A stretch of 64,000 nucleotides of DNA from Anaerolineae bacterium. Its GTDB lineage: Bacteria; Chloroflexota; Anaerolineae; UBA1429. The notes under the pieces are model-generated. The model was not told where the DNA came from, made no database searches, and worked only from the letters and a program-made list of their open reading frames with translations. The stretch is taken from NCBI GenBank assembly GCA_040766725.1, contig JAXGPZ010000001.1, forward strand, positions 2,414,328-2,478,327, given 5' to 3'. Position 1 is the stretch's first letter. The number at the start of each line of letters is the position of its first letter. A program made the position numbers and the translations under genes. Shown here in pieces: positions 8,478-17,098 of this stretch.

Positions 8478-10364
8478 TCACTGGGTGGGCTGCAGCTTGG
8501 ACCACATCAGCAGTTGATCGCGGAGCCAGTAGCCGCCCGCGGTGTAGGGATCGTGGCAGCTTGGCCAGCCGCTCCAGTAGGTGGTGTTCATAGGCACCTG
8601 GATGACCGTCTGGATGAGCGGCACGATGGGCAGCTCGGGCAGCCAGATGGCGAGCATCTGCTCCCACAGCGGCATCACGCCGGGATCATCAGGCGGCAGC
8701 TTGGCCATCTCGTCGAGGATGTCGCTGAACTCTTTGTTGTCCCAGCGGAAGAAGCCGATGTTGGCGCGCTCGCCAGTGGGCTTCAAGTTCATCTGCTGGA
8801 AGCGGTAGAAGGTGGCGTGCGGGTCGTTCATGGCGCCGCCGATGCCAAACATAAAGATCTTGGCATCGCCCAGGTAGATGCGGTCGGCAAAGTCAGCGGG
8901 CAGCAAGAAGGTCGCGTCAAAGCCGGCGCGGCGCAACTGCTCGGTGACGATGGGCACCGAGGGCGTCAACGAGGGATGCTGCGGGTAGGTGATGATCTCG
9001 AACGAGAAGGTCTTGCCCGCCGAGTCAGCCCAGAAGCCATCGGCATTCTTCTTGTAGCCCTTGGACGTCATGATGGCGTCCACCTTGGACTGGTTCTGCT
9101 CGAGCGTGTTGTACTGCTCGAGCAGCGGCGCCGCGGCATCAAAGTACTTTTTCAGTCCGCCATAGTCGGGGATGGGCAGGCTGGTGACCTGGCTGTAGCC
9201 GTTGAACGCCAGGTTGACGATCTGCTGGCGATCGATGGAGTAGCTGACGGCCCAGCGGATGTCTTTGTCGTTGAACGGCGGCTCGGAGCAGTTGAACCCG
9301 ACATAGACCGGCCACCAGTCGATAAAGCCGTAGGGCGGCTCATCGCAGAAGGTGACGACCTGCGGGTTCTGGCTGTTGACGAGGCGCATGTTGGTGGGCG
9401 TCATCGAGAACGCCATCTCCAGCTCGTTGTTCATCAGCATCTGCGCCTGAGTGATCTCGCTCATGGCGGGCAGCACGATGATGCGCTCGATCTTGGGCAT
9501 GTCGCGAAAGCCGGTCTCGGCGCCCCACCAGCTGTCGCGCAGGTCCCACACCTTTTGCTCCACCGAGGTGGCCACCAGCTTGTAGGGGCCGGTGCCGAGC
9601 GGCCAACCCTTGGCCGGATCATAGTTGGTGAAGGTGAGGGGATCCTTGTCCTTCCAGACGTGCTCGGCCACAAACACCAGGCCGAGCGAGCCGCGGTAGG
9701 TGAGATAGTCCCAGATAAAGCGCGGCGAGGGCATGTTGAAGGTGATCTTGACCGTGAGGGGGTCTACCACCTCGATCGACTTGCAGTACTTTTCCACGTC
9801 CATGCCATAGGTAAGCTCCTTCTTACCCTTGAGCATGTTCAGGGTAAAGGCCACATCCTCGGCATCGAACGCCTCGCCATCGCTCCACTTGACGTCGGGA
9901 CGGATCTTGATGGTCGCCTCGGTGAAATCGGCGTTGTACTCGTGGCCCTCGGCCTGCCAGTTGTAGTAGTCGCCGCCGATCATGTTGTAGACAAAGAGGC
10001 CCTCGCCGCCGATGTGGTGAATGCCGCCACGCGAGATGCCCGTGACGTACGGGTTGAACATCTCGACGTCGGTAAAGCCACCCACCATCTCGCCGCCCAT
10101 GCCGGCAGCGATCCAGGTGCGGTTGCGCGGCACCTCGGCGATGCCGCCCGTTGGCTTGGTGGGCTCGACCACCTTTTCGATGACGACGGTCTCTTTGACG
10201 ACCTTTTCGACGACCTTGGGAGTGCCCTCAACGATGACGGTCTCTTTGACGACCTTCTCGACGACTTTTTCAACGGTCTCTGGCTGGCACGCGGCCAACA
10301 GACTGGCGGCTGCGACCGCAGCGCTGCCCTTGAGCACGGCACGACGGGTGATTCTCCTGCTCAT
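8478..10364 (-). CDS. ABC transporter substrate-binding lipoprotein, family 5 (Opp/Dpp-like; peptide or oligosaccharide)
   Basis: TAT-like SRRITRRAVLKG and lipobox LLAAC. VVEKVVKETVIVEGTPKVVEKVV linker. Family-5 SBP body. AGGAGCAGAAG RBS. Confidence 0.85.
   Translation of the reverse strand: MSRRITRRAVLKGSAAVAAASLLAACQPETVEKVVEKVVKETVIVEGTPKVVEKVVKETVVIEKVVEPTKPTGGIAEVPRNRTWIAAGMGGEMVGGFTDVEMFNPYVTGISRGGIHHIGGEGLFVYNMIGGDYYNWQAEGHEYNADFTEATIKIRPDVKWSDGEAFDAEDVAFTLNMLKGKKELTYGMDVEKYCKSIEVVDPLTVKITFNMPSPRFIWDYLTYRGSLGLVFVAEHVWKDKDPLTFTNYDPAKGWPLGTGPYKLVATSVEQKVWDLRDSWWGAETGFRDMPKIERIIVLPAMSEITQAQMLMNNELEMAFSMTPTNMRLVNSQNPQVVTFCDEPPYGFIDWWPVYVGFNCSEPPFNDKDIRWAVSYSIDRQQIVNLAFNGYSQVTSLPIPDYGGLKKYFDAAAPLLEQYNTLEQNQSKVDAIMTSKGYKKNADGFWADSAGKTFSFEIITYPQHPSLTPSVPIVTEQLRRAGFDATFLLPADFADRIYLGDAKIFMFGIGGAMNDPHATFYRFQQMNLKPTGERANIGFFRWDNKEFSDILDEMAKLPPDDPGVMPLWEQMLAIWLPELPIVPLIQTVIQVPMNTTYWSGWPSCHDPYTAGGYWLRDQLLMWSKLQPTQ
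10140..10270 (-). repeat. Copy 1 of a dispersed coding repeat encoding the SBP linker KETVIVEGTPKVVEKVV (also at 19440..19540 + and 51170..51310 -)
   Basis: All three SBP genes share a ~45-nt core (gagaccgtcatcgtcgagggcacNcccaaggtcgtcgagaaggtNgtcgag) at roughly 85-90% identity, flanked by gtcgtcgagaag-type units. Confidence 0.7.
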
Positions 10365-10551
10365 CTTCTGCTCCTGTGCGAATGTGAACGCCGGCCCCAG
10401 GCCGTTGCGTTCATGAGCCCATCGACCTACACGACCTGCGCCCTGTCAGCATGGCAGGGTGCGTCAGCCGGCCGAGCTCTTGGTGGCTGGTCACCTCCTT
10501 TGCAGCCACAGCTCACACCGCGGCGGCCCGTGGACGGGGCGCCGCACACGC

Positions 10552-11583
10552 TCAGGCGCCGATATACAGCGCCGAAACGTCCTCTGGCGCCACCACGGGC
10601 GCGTCACGATAGAGATAGCAGGCCACGGCGCGGTTGGCGCTGGCCGCATAGAGCGGCGGCGTGGCCGCGCGGCAGATATCCATCACCTGCGGGCAGCGCG
10701 GCGCAAAGGGGCAGCCCTGCGTCGTCGAGTGCTGGCCGGCCGTGCTGGCCGATACGCGCACCTCGGCCCAGCGTTTGGTGGGGTCGGGCAGCGGAATGGA
10801 GCCCACCAGCAACTGGGTGTAGGGGTGCAAGGGGGCCTTGATCACCGGCTCGACGCTGCCCACCTCGACCATAGCGCCGCTGTACATCATCAGGATGCTG
10901 GTGCACACCTGGTAGGCGGTCGTCAGATCGTGGGTGATGTAGATGATGGCGATGTCGCGCTGATCGTGGGCGTTGAGCAGGCTCTCGAGGATGCTGGCGC
11001 GCAGCGAGGCGTCGACCATTGAGACGGGCTCGTCGGCGACGATGATGCTGGGGTTGAGCATCAGGGCGCGGGCCACCATCACGCGCTGGCGCTGCCCGCC
11101 CGAGAGCTGGTGCGGGTAGCGGCCCAGGGTCTCGTCGACGCGCAGCCCCACCACCTGCAGGGCCTGCTCGATCATCGTGCGGCGCTCGGCGGCGGTCCTA
11201 TGCGGCTCAAAGCGCCTGATGGGCACCTCGAGCGCGTGGTCGACGCGGTAGAACGGGTTGTAGACCTCAAAGGGGTCCTGGAAGATGGCCTGCACGTCAC
11301 GGCGAAAGGCCATGCGCTCGTCGCCCTGGATTGCGGCCGTGGGGCGGCCGCGGTAGAACACCTCGCCCGAGGTGGGCGAGATCAGGCCCAGCAGCAGGCG
11401 CGAGAGCGTGGTCTTGCCGCTGCCGCTCTCGCCGGCGATGGCCACGATGGACGGCGGCTGCGCGTGAATGGTCAGCGAGGCCTGGTTGACCGCGACGGTG
11501 GTGGCGCCTTTCTTGCCGATGGTGCCGCGGCTGGCAAACACCTTGGTGACATTGCGCGCCTCGAGCAGGGGTATGGCGGTCAT
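10552..11583 (-). CDS. ABC transporter ATP-binding protein (OppF/DppF-like)
   Basis: Walker A GESGSGKT, signature LSGGQRQR, Walker B IIVADEP. The ATG at 11583 overlaps the upstream stop (ATGA). Confidence 0.85.
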   Translation of the reverse strand: MTAIPLLEARNVTKVFASRGTIGKKGATTVAVNQASLTIHAQPPSIVAIAGESGSGKTTLSRLLLGLISPTSGEVFYRGRPTAAIQGDERMAFRRDVQAIFQDPFEVYNPFYRVDHALEVPIRRFEPHRTAAERRTMIEQALQVVGLRVDETLGRYPHQLSGGQRQRVMVARALMLNPSIIVADEPVSMVDASLRASILESLLNAHDQRDIAIIYITHDLTTAYQVCTSILMMYSGAMVEVGSVEPVIKAPLHPYTQLLVGSIPLPDPTKRWAEVRVSASTAGQHSTTQGCPFAPRCPQVMDICRAATPPLYAASANRAVACYLYRDAPVVAPEDVSALYIGA

Positions 11584-12551
11584 GCGGCGGCTCCTGCATG
11601 GCATGGGCAGGCCACCCAGCGACCGGGCAGCACTTCGGTGAGCACCTGGGGCGTCGTCCAGCAATCTCCCACGGCGTCGGGACAACGCGCGTGAAAGGCG
11701 CAGCCGGGCGGCGCATTGAGCAGCGAGGGCGTTTGCCCGGGGATGCCCTTGAACACGGCCTTGGCATCGAGCGAGGGCAGCGTGTTGATGAGCAGGCGGG
11801 TGTAGGGGTGCAGCGGCAGGCGAAAGACGTCTGTCACCGGCCCCAGCTCCACCAGGCGGCCGGCATACATGATGCCGATTTTGTCGACGAACTGGGCCAT
11901 CAGGCCCATATCGTGCCCCACGAGGATGATCGAGGCCTCGAGCTGACGCTGGATGCGCCCGAGCGTCTCCATCACCTGGCGTTGCACCACCACGTCGAGG
12001 GCGCTGGTGGGCTCGTCGGCGATGATCACCTTGGGCCGCAGGCAAATGCCCATGGCGATGCAGACGCGCTGCTTCATGCCGCCGCTCAGCTCGTGTGGGA
12101 ACATGCCCAGCACGTTGGGCCGCAGGCCCACCGCCTCGATGAGCGTGGCGGTGTGCTCGGCCAGGCGCGCTCGATTCATCGTACGATCGTGCGCATAGAT
12201 GGTGTCGTAAAAGTGATCGCGCACGCGCATCACCGGGTTGAGCGAGTTCATGGCCGCCTGGGGGATCAGCGAGATGGCCGAGCCGCGCATGCGGCGCATC
12301 TGCTCGGGAGAGAGCGCCATCAGATCGACGCCATCGAGCAGCACCTGCCCGCCACGGATGCGCCCGGGCGGCGTCACCATGCGCAAGAGCGCCAGCACGG
12401 TGGTCGACTTGCCCGAGCCGCTCTCGCCCACCAGCCCCATGCGCTCGCTGCGGGCGAGGTCAAAGGTGACGTCCTCGGCCGCCTTGATGGGGCCGGCGTC
12501 GGTTTCGTATTGCACGCAGAGATTGCGCACCTGTAACACTGAAGCGCTCAT
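11580..12551 (-). CDS. ABC transporter ATP-binding protein (OppD/DppD-like)
   Basis: GESGSGKS, LSGGMKQR, IIADEPTSALD. Confidence 0.85.
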   Translation of the reverse strand: MSASVLQVRNLCVQYETDAGPIKAAEDVTFDLARSERMGLVGESGSGKSTTVLALLRMVTPPGRIRGGQVLLDGVDLMALSPEQMRRMRGSAISLIPQAAMNSLNPVMRVRDHFYDTIYAHDRTMNRARLAEHTATLIEAVGLRPNVLGMFPHELSGGMKQRVCIAMGICLRPKVIIADEPTSALDVVVQRQVMETLGRIQRQLEASIILVGHDMGLMAQFVDKIGIMYAGRLVELGPVTDVFRLPLHPYTRLLINTLPSLDAKAVFKGIPGQTPSLLNAPPGCAFHARCPDAVGDCWTTPQVLTEVLPGRWVACPCHAGAAA

Positions 12552-13396
12552 CTGGCCCTCCGCAGACGCGGGTTGGCAAGCTCATCGAGGCCTGAAGAGA
12601 TGGCGAATAGCGCGGCGAACACGTAAAGGATGGCGATGATGGGCGGCGCCCACCACCACCACATGCCGCGCAGCAGCGCCCCATAGTAGTTGCACCAGAA
12701 GATGGTCATGCCCAGGGTGGGCTCGGTTTGCGGGCCCAGGCCCATGGCCTCGAGGCCGATGGCGGCCAGCAGAGCGCCGGCCACCGCGCCCACCAGCGTG
12801 GCCGCCAGATAGGGCAGCAGGTTGGGCAGCAGCTCTTGGACGATGATCTGCCAGTCGTTCATGCCCGAGAGGCGCGCGATCTCGACATAGGAGCGCTCGC
12901 GCATCGAGAGCACCTGCGAGCGGATGGTGCGGGCCGGGCGCATCCACGAGAGGGCAGCCACGATCAGCGCCAGGTTCCTGACGTTGAGCACCTCTTTGAT
13001 GACCGAGGCGATGACCACCAGGACGGCCAGCGCCGGGATGGTCAGCGCCACGTCGGCGGCGGTGCTGATGACCGAATCGACAAAGCCGCCGAAATAGCCG
13101 GCGATGAACCCGAGGATGGTGCCCACCACCAGGCCGATGATGCCGGCGGTGAGGCCGATCTCAAAGGTGTAGAGGGAGCCCACCAGCAGGTTGGGCAAGA
13201 GCTCGCGGCCCACCGAGTCGCTCCCTAGAGGGAGCCCTGCCGAGGGGCTCTGATCGGCCATGGCCGAGATGGGACGGGCTTTGGTGACGTCGACAAAGGT
13301 CGGGCCGATGATCCAGAACAGCAACAGCATGGCGAACATGGCCACGCCGACGAGCAAGAGCGGGTTGCGGCGTACATAGCCCCAGGTGCGTGACAT
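12548..13396 (-). CDS. ABC transporter permease (OppC/DppC-like)
   Basis: Six TM helices, EAA-like loop. Start overlaps neighbouring genes by 4 nt. Confidence 0.85.
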   Translation of the reverse strand: MSRTWGYVRRNPLLLVGVAMFAMLLLFWIIGPTFVDVTKARPISAMADQSPSAGLPLGSDSVGRELLPNLLVGSLYTFEIGLTAGIIGLVVGTILGFIAGYFGGFVDSVISTAADVALTIPALAVLVVIASVIKEVLNVRNLALIVAALSWMRPARTIRSQVLSMRERSYVEIARLSGMNDWQIIVQELLPNLLPYLAATLVGAVAGALLAAIGLEAMGLGPQTEPTLGMTIFWCNYYGALLRGMWWWWAPPIIAILYVFAALFAISSGLDELANPRLRRAR

Positions 13397-13410
13397 GCGT
13401 GCTGCCCCCT

Positions 13411-14418
13411 CTATTTGCGGGTGTAACGGATGCGCGGATCGAGGAACGGGTAGACCAGGTCGAGCAGGAGCGTGGCCACGCCCACCGCAAGGATCACAAA
13501 GAACACCACTCCATAGATCATGAAATAGTCAAAGCCGGTGATGGCCCGATAGAGCACCGAGCCCATGCCCGGGTAGCGAAAGATCACCTCGACGAGCAGC
13601 GAGCCCGAGAGGATGGTGCCGGCAGACAACGCCAGGCCGGTGGTCTGGGGGAGGATGGCGTTGCGCATGGCGTACCGGAAAAAGATGCGTCGCGGAGAGA
13701 GCCCACGGGCCTCGGCGAGCATGACATAGTCCTCGCCGAGGGTGGTGACCATCATGCCGCGCATCGACAGCGCCCAAAAGCCCACGCCGGCCACCACCAT
13801 CGAGGCGGCCGGCAGGATGGCGTGGTGGACCACGTCCCAGGCGAACTTGAGGGAGAAGGTGGGTACGGTGCCATATTGAGAGCCGCCGCCCAGCGGCAGC
13901 CATTTGAACTTGAAGGCAAAGATGTACATCATCACGAGGCCGAGGATGTAGTAGGGCACCGAGGACATCATCAAGAAGGGGGTCGAGACCCAGTGGACGA
14001 TCTTGGGCGTGCGCGGCCAGCCCAGCAGCGCCCCCACCAGGCTGCCCACGGCAAAGGCCAACAGCGTCGAGACAAGGAGCAGGCCCACGGTCCACGGCAC
14101 GGCGCGCATGATGATTTCAAAGACGGTGGCGGGGTACATGGCGATCGAGTAGTTGAAATCAAAGCGCAGCATGTCGAACATATAGTTGAGATACTGCTTC
14201 CAGAGAGGCTGATCGAGGCCGAACTTGGCGCGGTAGGCCTCGACCATCTCATCGAGGCCCTCGGTGTTGATGCCACCGGTGGCGGCCAGGTTGCCGAGGC
14301 GCTGAGCCACAGGGTCGCGATCGGGCGCCAACCTGGGCAGGAAAAAGATCAACGACGTGCCCACCCAGATGACGAGTAGAAAGAGCAGGACCCGGCGAAC
14401 GATATACCTCCAGCTCAT
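13411..14418 (-). CDS. ABC transporter permease (OppB/DppB-like)
   Basis: MSWRYIVRRVLLFLLVIWV... GGGGGGTG RBS before ATG 14418. Confidence 0.85.
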   Translation of the reverse strand: MSWRYIVRRVLLFLLVIWVGTSLIFFLPRLAPDRDPVAQRLGNLAATGGINTEGLDEMVEAYRAKFGLDQPLWKQYLNYMFDMLRFDFNYSIAMYPATVFEIIMRAVPWTVGLLLVSTLLAFAVGSLVGALLGWPRTPKIVHWVSTPFLMMSSVPYYILGLVMMYIFAFKFKWLPLGGGSQYGTVPTFSLKFAWDVVHHAILPAASMVVAGVGFWALSMRGMMVTTLGEDYVMLAEARGLSPRRIFFRYAMRNAILPQTTGLALSAGTILSGSLLVEVIFRYPGMGSVLYRAITGFDYFMIYGVVFFVILAVGVATLLLDLVYPFLDPRIRYTRK

Positions 14419-14690
14419 CACACCCCCCTTGGTCGATGTGGCGGGCGGCAAAGGTGCGTCGCGGGCCATGACGGCGAGCTTTGCGGTCCGTACGGGAGCA
14501 TTATGACGGGGCCGATTATCGTTGTCAAGTGGTATTTTGGTGGACGCTATCGGGCCGCCGACCCCGAGGCGCGCGACGCTATTCGGGCTGGGCGGGCGCG
14601 CACGCGGCGCGGCGAGCGGTTGACGTCATGCCCGGCATCGCCGACCATCGCCTGGCCCTGTCTCAACGCCGGCCACCCATGAGGGGCGCT

Positions 14691-14948
14691 ATGCACGAAT
14701 CGCCAGACGATGGGTACAACTCGGTCGGACAAGAGGCGTTCGAGGTCACGATCGCGCCGCTGCAAGCCGCTCAGGCCCCGGGCGCCAACAGCGCGCGCCA
14801 ACTGCCGGCTGCGTGCCTGGCGCGCAGCGCCGCGCTGGACCGCGCCGGGCCAGGCCTGCGGGCCGTCGTCGAGGTCAACCCCGAGGCGCTGAGCGATATG
14901 CCCAGCGCCCCTTGGCGGCCAGTGCCGCTGGCTAGGGTCAGCGCCTAG
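14691..14948 (+). pseudogene. N-terminal remnant (~85 aa) of an amidase (Asp-tRNA/Glu-tRNA amidotransferase-like amidase-signature family)
   Basis: FEVTIAPLQAA...ARSAALDRAGPGLRAVVEVNPEAL matches the usual amidase N-terminus pattern (LTIAELaaa...ARIEAlnP.LNAvvevnpeAl). It stops 45 nt before the convergent cassette. Confidence 0.4.
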
Positions 14949-14993
14949 TGCAGCGCTGGCTCTTGCCAGCCCTCGTGGCGCAACGGCAGACCA

Positions 14994-15335
14994 TCATGCC
15001 GACGGCTCTAGGGCTGCCTGCAAAGCCGCTTTGAGCTGGTCGGCGCTGGGTGGCTTGCCGGCAAAGCGCACCATTTCGCCAATGAGCACGGCCGGCGCAA
15101 AGGTGGCGCCGCGCGTCTCAAAGAGGGTCATGATCTGCCTGTGCTCCGCCGCCGTGAGCCCACCCTGTCCCGCGAGGATGGCACTCAGTGAGGCGTGGTG
15201 CACCTCGATGGTGAGCCCCAGTTGGCTGCATGCCTCCTTGAGGTTGCCTGCCAACACTCGGTCAAGACGCGCCAGATGCGGCATGCAGCAAGCGCCCGAG
15301 ACCGTGACGACGCGTAGTTTGCTGTCGTGTTCCAT
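14994..15335 (-). CDS. Thioredoxin_3-family small redox protein (redox-active-disulfide-protein-2-like, Cys-Cys variant, ArsD-reminiscent)
   Basis: 113 aa. KLRVVTVSGACCMPHLARLD...GLTIEVHH...APAVLIGEMV matches the thioredoxin-fold pattern that accompanies DUF318 permeases. A vicinal CC replaces the usual CxxC. Confidence 0.5.
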   Translation of the reverse strand: MEHDSKLRVVTVSGACCMPHLARLDRVLAGNLKEACSQLGLTIEVHHASLSAILAGQGGLTAAEHRQIMTLFETRGATFAPAVLIGEMVRFAGKPPSADQLKAALQAALEPSA

Positions 15336-15359
15336 GAACCGCTTCTCTCCTTCGAGTGA

Positions 15360-16283
15360 CTAGTGCGCAATCCAGTTCACGGCATAGCCGGTGCACATGG
15401 CCCCAAGGACCATGGCCAGGCCAAAGCCAATGACGTACTTTTTTCTGAACAGCTTGGTCAGCATCAGAATCTCTGGCGGGCTGATAGTTGTGGCGGTGAT
15501 CAGAAAGGCGAGCACCGCCCCCTGACTGAGACCCTTGAGCGAAAGCGAGTAGATGATCGGCACCACCGCCGCAGCGTTGACATAGAGCGGAACGCCGATC
15601 AGGGCGGCAATCGGCACGGCCAACAGCCCGGCGCCTCCAGCGTACCGGACGATGATCTCTTCCGGCACAAAGCCATAGATCAGGGCGCCGACCGCGCTGC
15701 TGATGACAATAATCGGCAGCAGGCTGCGGGCAAAGCCCAGGGTATAGTCCCAGGCGCGGGCCGCCTTGGCTCTAAAGCCATCCTCGAGCACGAGATCGAG
15801 CGCGCTCCCGTCAGCACTGGGATCAGCTGCGCGGGGCGGGCCACTGGCCACCTTGATCTGGTTCTGCCAGCCGGCCCGTTGCGCCAGCGTGCCAAAGACC
15901 AGCGCCAGCAGCCCCCCGGCGGTCAGAAAGACCAGGGCAGAGCGCACGCCAAAGAGCGGCGCCAGAATAGGCAACGCAATCTCCACTGGATATGGCGATG
16001 ACAACAGGAAGGTGGTCATCACCCCGATGGGAATCCCCGCCCTGGCCATAGTGGCCAACACCGGGACAGTCGAGCAGGAGCAGAATGGCGTCACATAGCC
16101 CAGGCCCAGCGCGATGCCTTGGCCGAGCAAGCCTTTTCTGCCTGCGAGGCTCTTGCGCAGTGTTTCCGGAGAGATATACTCCATCAGCAGGCCTGAAATA
16201 AAGGTGACGATCAAGAACAGCGGTATCAGTTCGGCCAAGATGATCAGGAAAAAGCGTCCGGAGCTGAGCAGCGTCACTAGCAT
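15360..16283 (-). CDS. DUF318 / ArsP-like permease with the TPFCSCS motif
   Basis: Eight predicted TM segments. YVTPFCSCSTVPVL matches the TPFcSCS signature of organoarsenical efflux permease ArsP and other DUF318 permeases. Confidence 0.7.
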   Translation of the reverse strand: MLVTLLSSGRFFLIILAELIPLFLIVTFISGLLMEYISPETLRKSLAGRKGLLGQGIALGLGYVTPFCSCSTVPVLATMARAGIPIGVMTTFLLSSPYPVEIALPILAPLFGVRSALVFLTAGGLLALVFGTLAQRAGWQNQIKVASGPPRAADPSADGSALDLVLEDGFRAKAARAWDYTLGFARSLLPIIVISSAVGALIYGFVPEEIIVRYAGGAGLLAVPIAALIGVPLYVNAAAVVPIIYSLSLKGLSQGAVLAFLITATTISPPEILMLTKLFRKKYVIGFGLAMVLGAMCTGYAVNWIAH

Positions 16284-16286
16284 GGC

Positions 16287-16637
16287 CTATGTCTCACTTT
16301 CCCACAAAGCCTTTTCGAGATAGGGCAGCACTTCTCGCCAGGTCTGGACGGCCACCTGGTAGGCTGCTTCGCCTTTGGGCGTCAGCTCAAAGACTCTGCG
16401 TGGCCGCCCGTCTTGGACTCTTTCGTCTATTTGTGCATATTCGCCCTCCAGCAGCGCTTTGAGAACGGGATATATCGTTCCATAGGCAGGCGTGCAGCAC
16501 CCTGCAGTGAACTCGGAGAGTTTCCCCAACAGAGCATATCCATGGGTTGGCTCGTCATGGAGCGTGCGCAGGATAAAGAACCGAGAGAGACTCATGTTGA
16601 TGAGCGACTTCCAATAGTCCGGGCTTTCGAGTTGCAC
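16287..16637 (-). CDS. PadR-family transcriptional regulator
   Basis: ILRTLHDEPTHGYALL...RRVFELTPKG is the winged-helix PadR signature. GTG start at 16637 has a GGGAGG RBS 6 nt upstream. The alternative ATG at 16595 gives 102 aa. Confidence 0.75.
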   Translation of the reverse strand: MQLESPDYWKSLINMSLSRFFILRTLHDEPTHGYALLGKLSEFTAGCCTPAYGTIYPVLKALLEGEYAQIDERVQDGRPRRVFELTPKGEAAYQVAVQTWREVLPYLEKALWESET

Positions 16638-16699
16638 CGTGAGCCTCCCGCATCCAGGATCTATATGCTGACCTTCTATATATCGAACATCGGCATATT

Positions 16700-17098
16700 A
16701 GCACCTGACGAAGATCGCGTCAAGACCCCTGGGGGCCGATCGGCCATGAATGCAGCGATGGCGTTGGGCCGTGGAGCGCCTTCAGACGGTGTCTGAGCGT
16801 GCTGGCGTGGCTGTGGCACGCCTCAGGGTTGGGCTGATGACCAGCGGACGCGCCCTGCCCGCGCCGCGCTCACCTGGGAGTGCCTATGTTGTAGCACCTA
16901 CGGCGGGTGCACGCCGCCGGCGAGGTGCGCGGCCTGTCGCTGGGGCTGACCTTTATGGGAACGGCCTTTAGCGAGCCGGCGCTGATTCGGCTGGCGTATG
17001 GCTTTGAGCAGCACACGGGCGCGCGCCGCCCGCCACGCTACCTGCCCACTTTGAGGCTGCCCCAGCCCGCTTGCGGCGGCGGCCTCGCTGGGCCCTAG
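16700..17098 (+). pseudogene. C-terminal remnant of the same amidase, with frameshift and in-frame TAG
   Basis: Frame 1 gives TPGGRSAMNAAMALG, an echo of the GGSSGGSAAAVAAG amidase signature. Frame 2 gives GLSLGLTFMGTAFSEPALIRLAYGFEQHTG, the amidase C-terminal GLPvGLQliG..fdE..Llr.A.a.E motif, preceded by a TAG at 16892. Confidence 0.4.

Noticed and set aside
8454-10841. 795-aa plus-strand ORF; similar very long antisense ORFs at 5008..6345(-), 23975..25156(-), 22718..23857(-), 40431..42356(+), 61170-region(+) 60918..62963
   Set aside because: These are all opposite strongly supported genes (SBP, esterase, dnaE2, BNR hydrolase). Low-complexity His/Gly/Arg/Ala-rich translations are a hallmark of stop-codon-poor antisense frames at ~68% GC.
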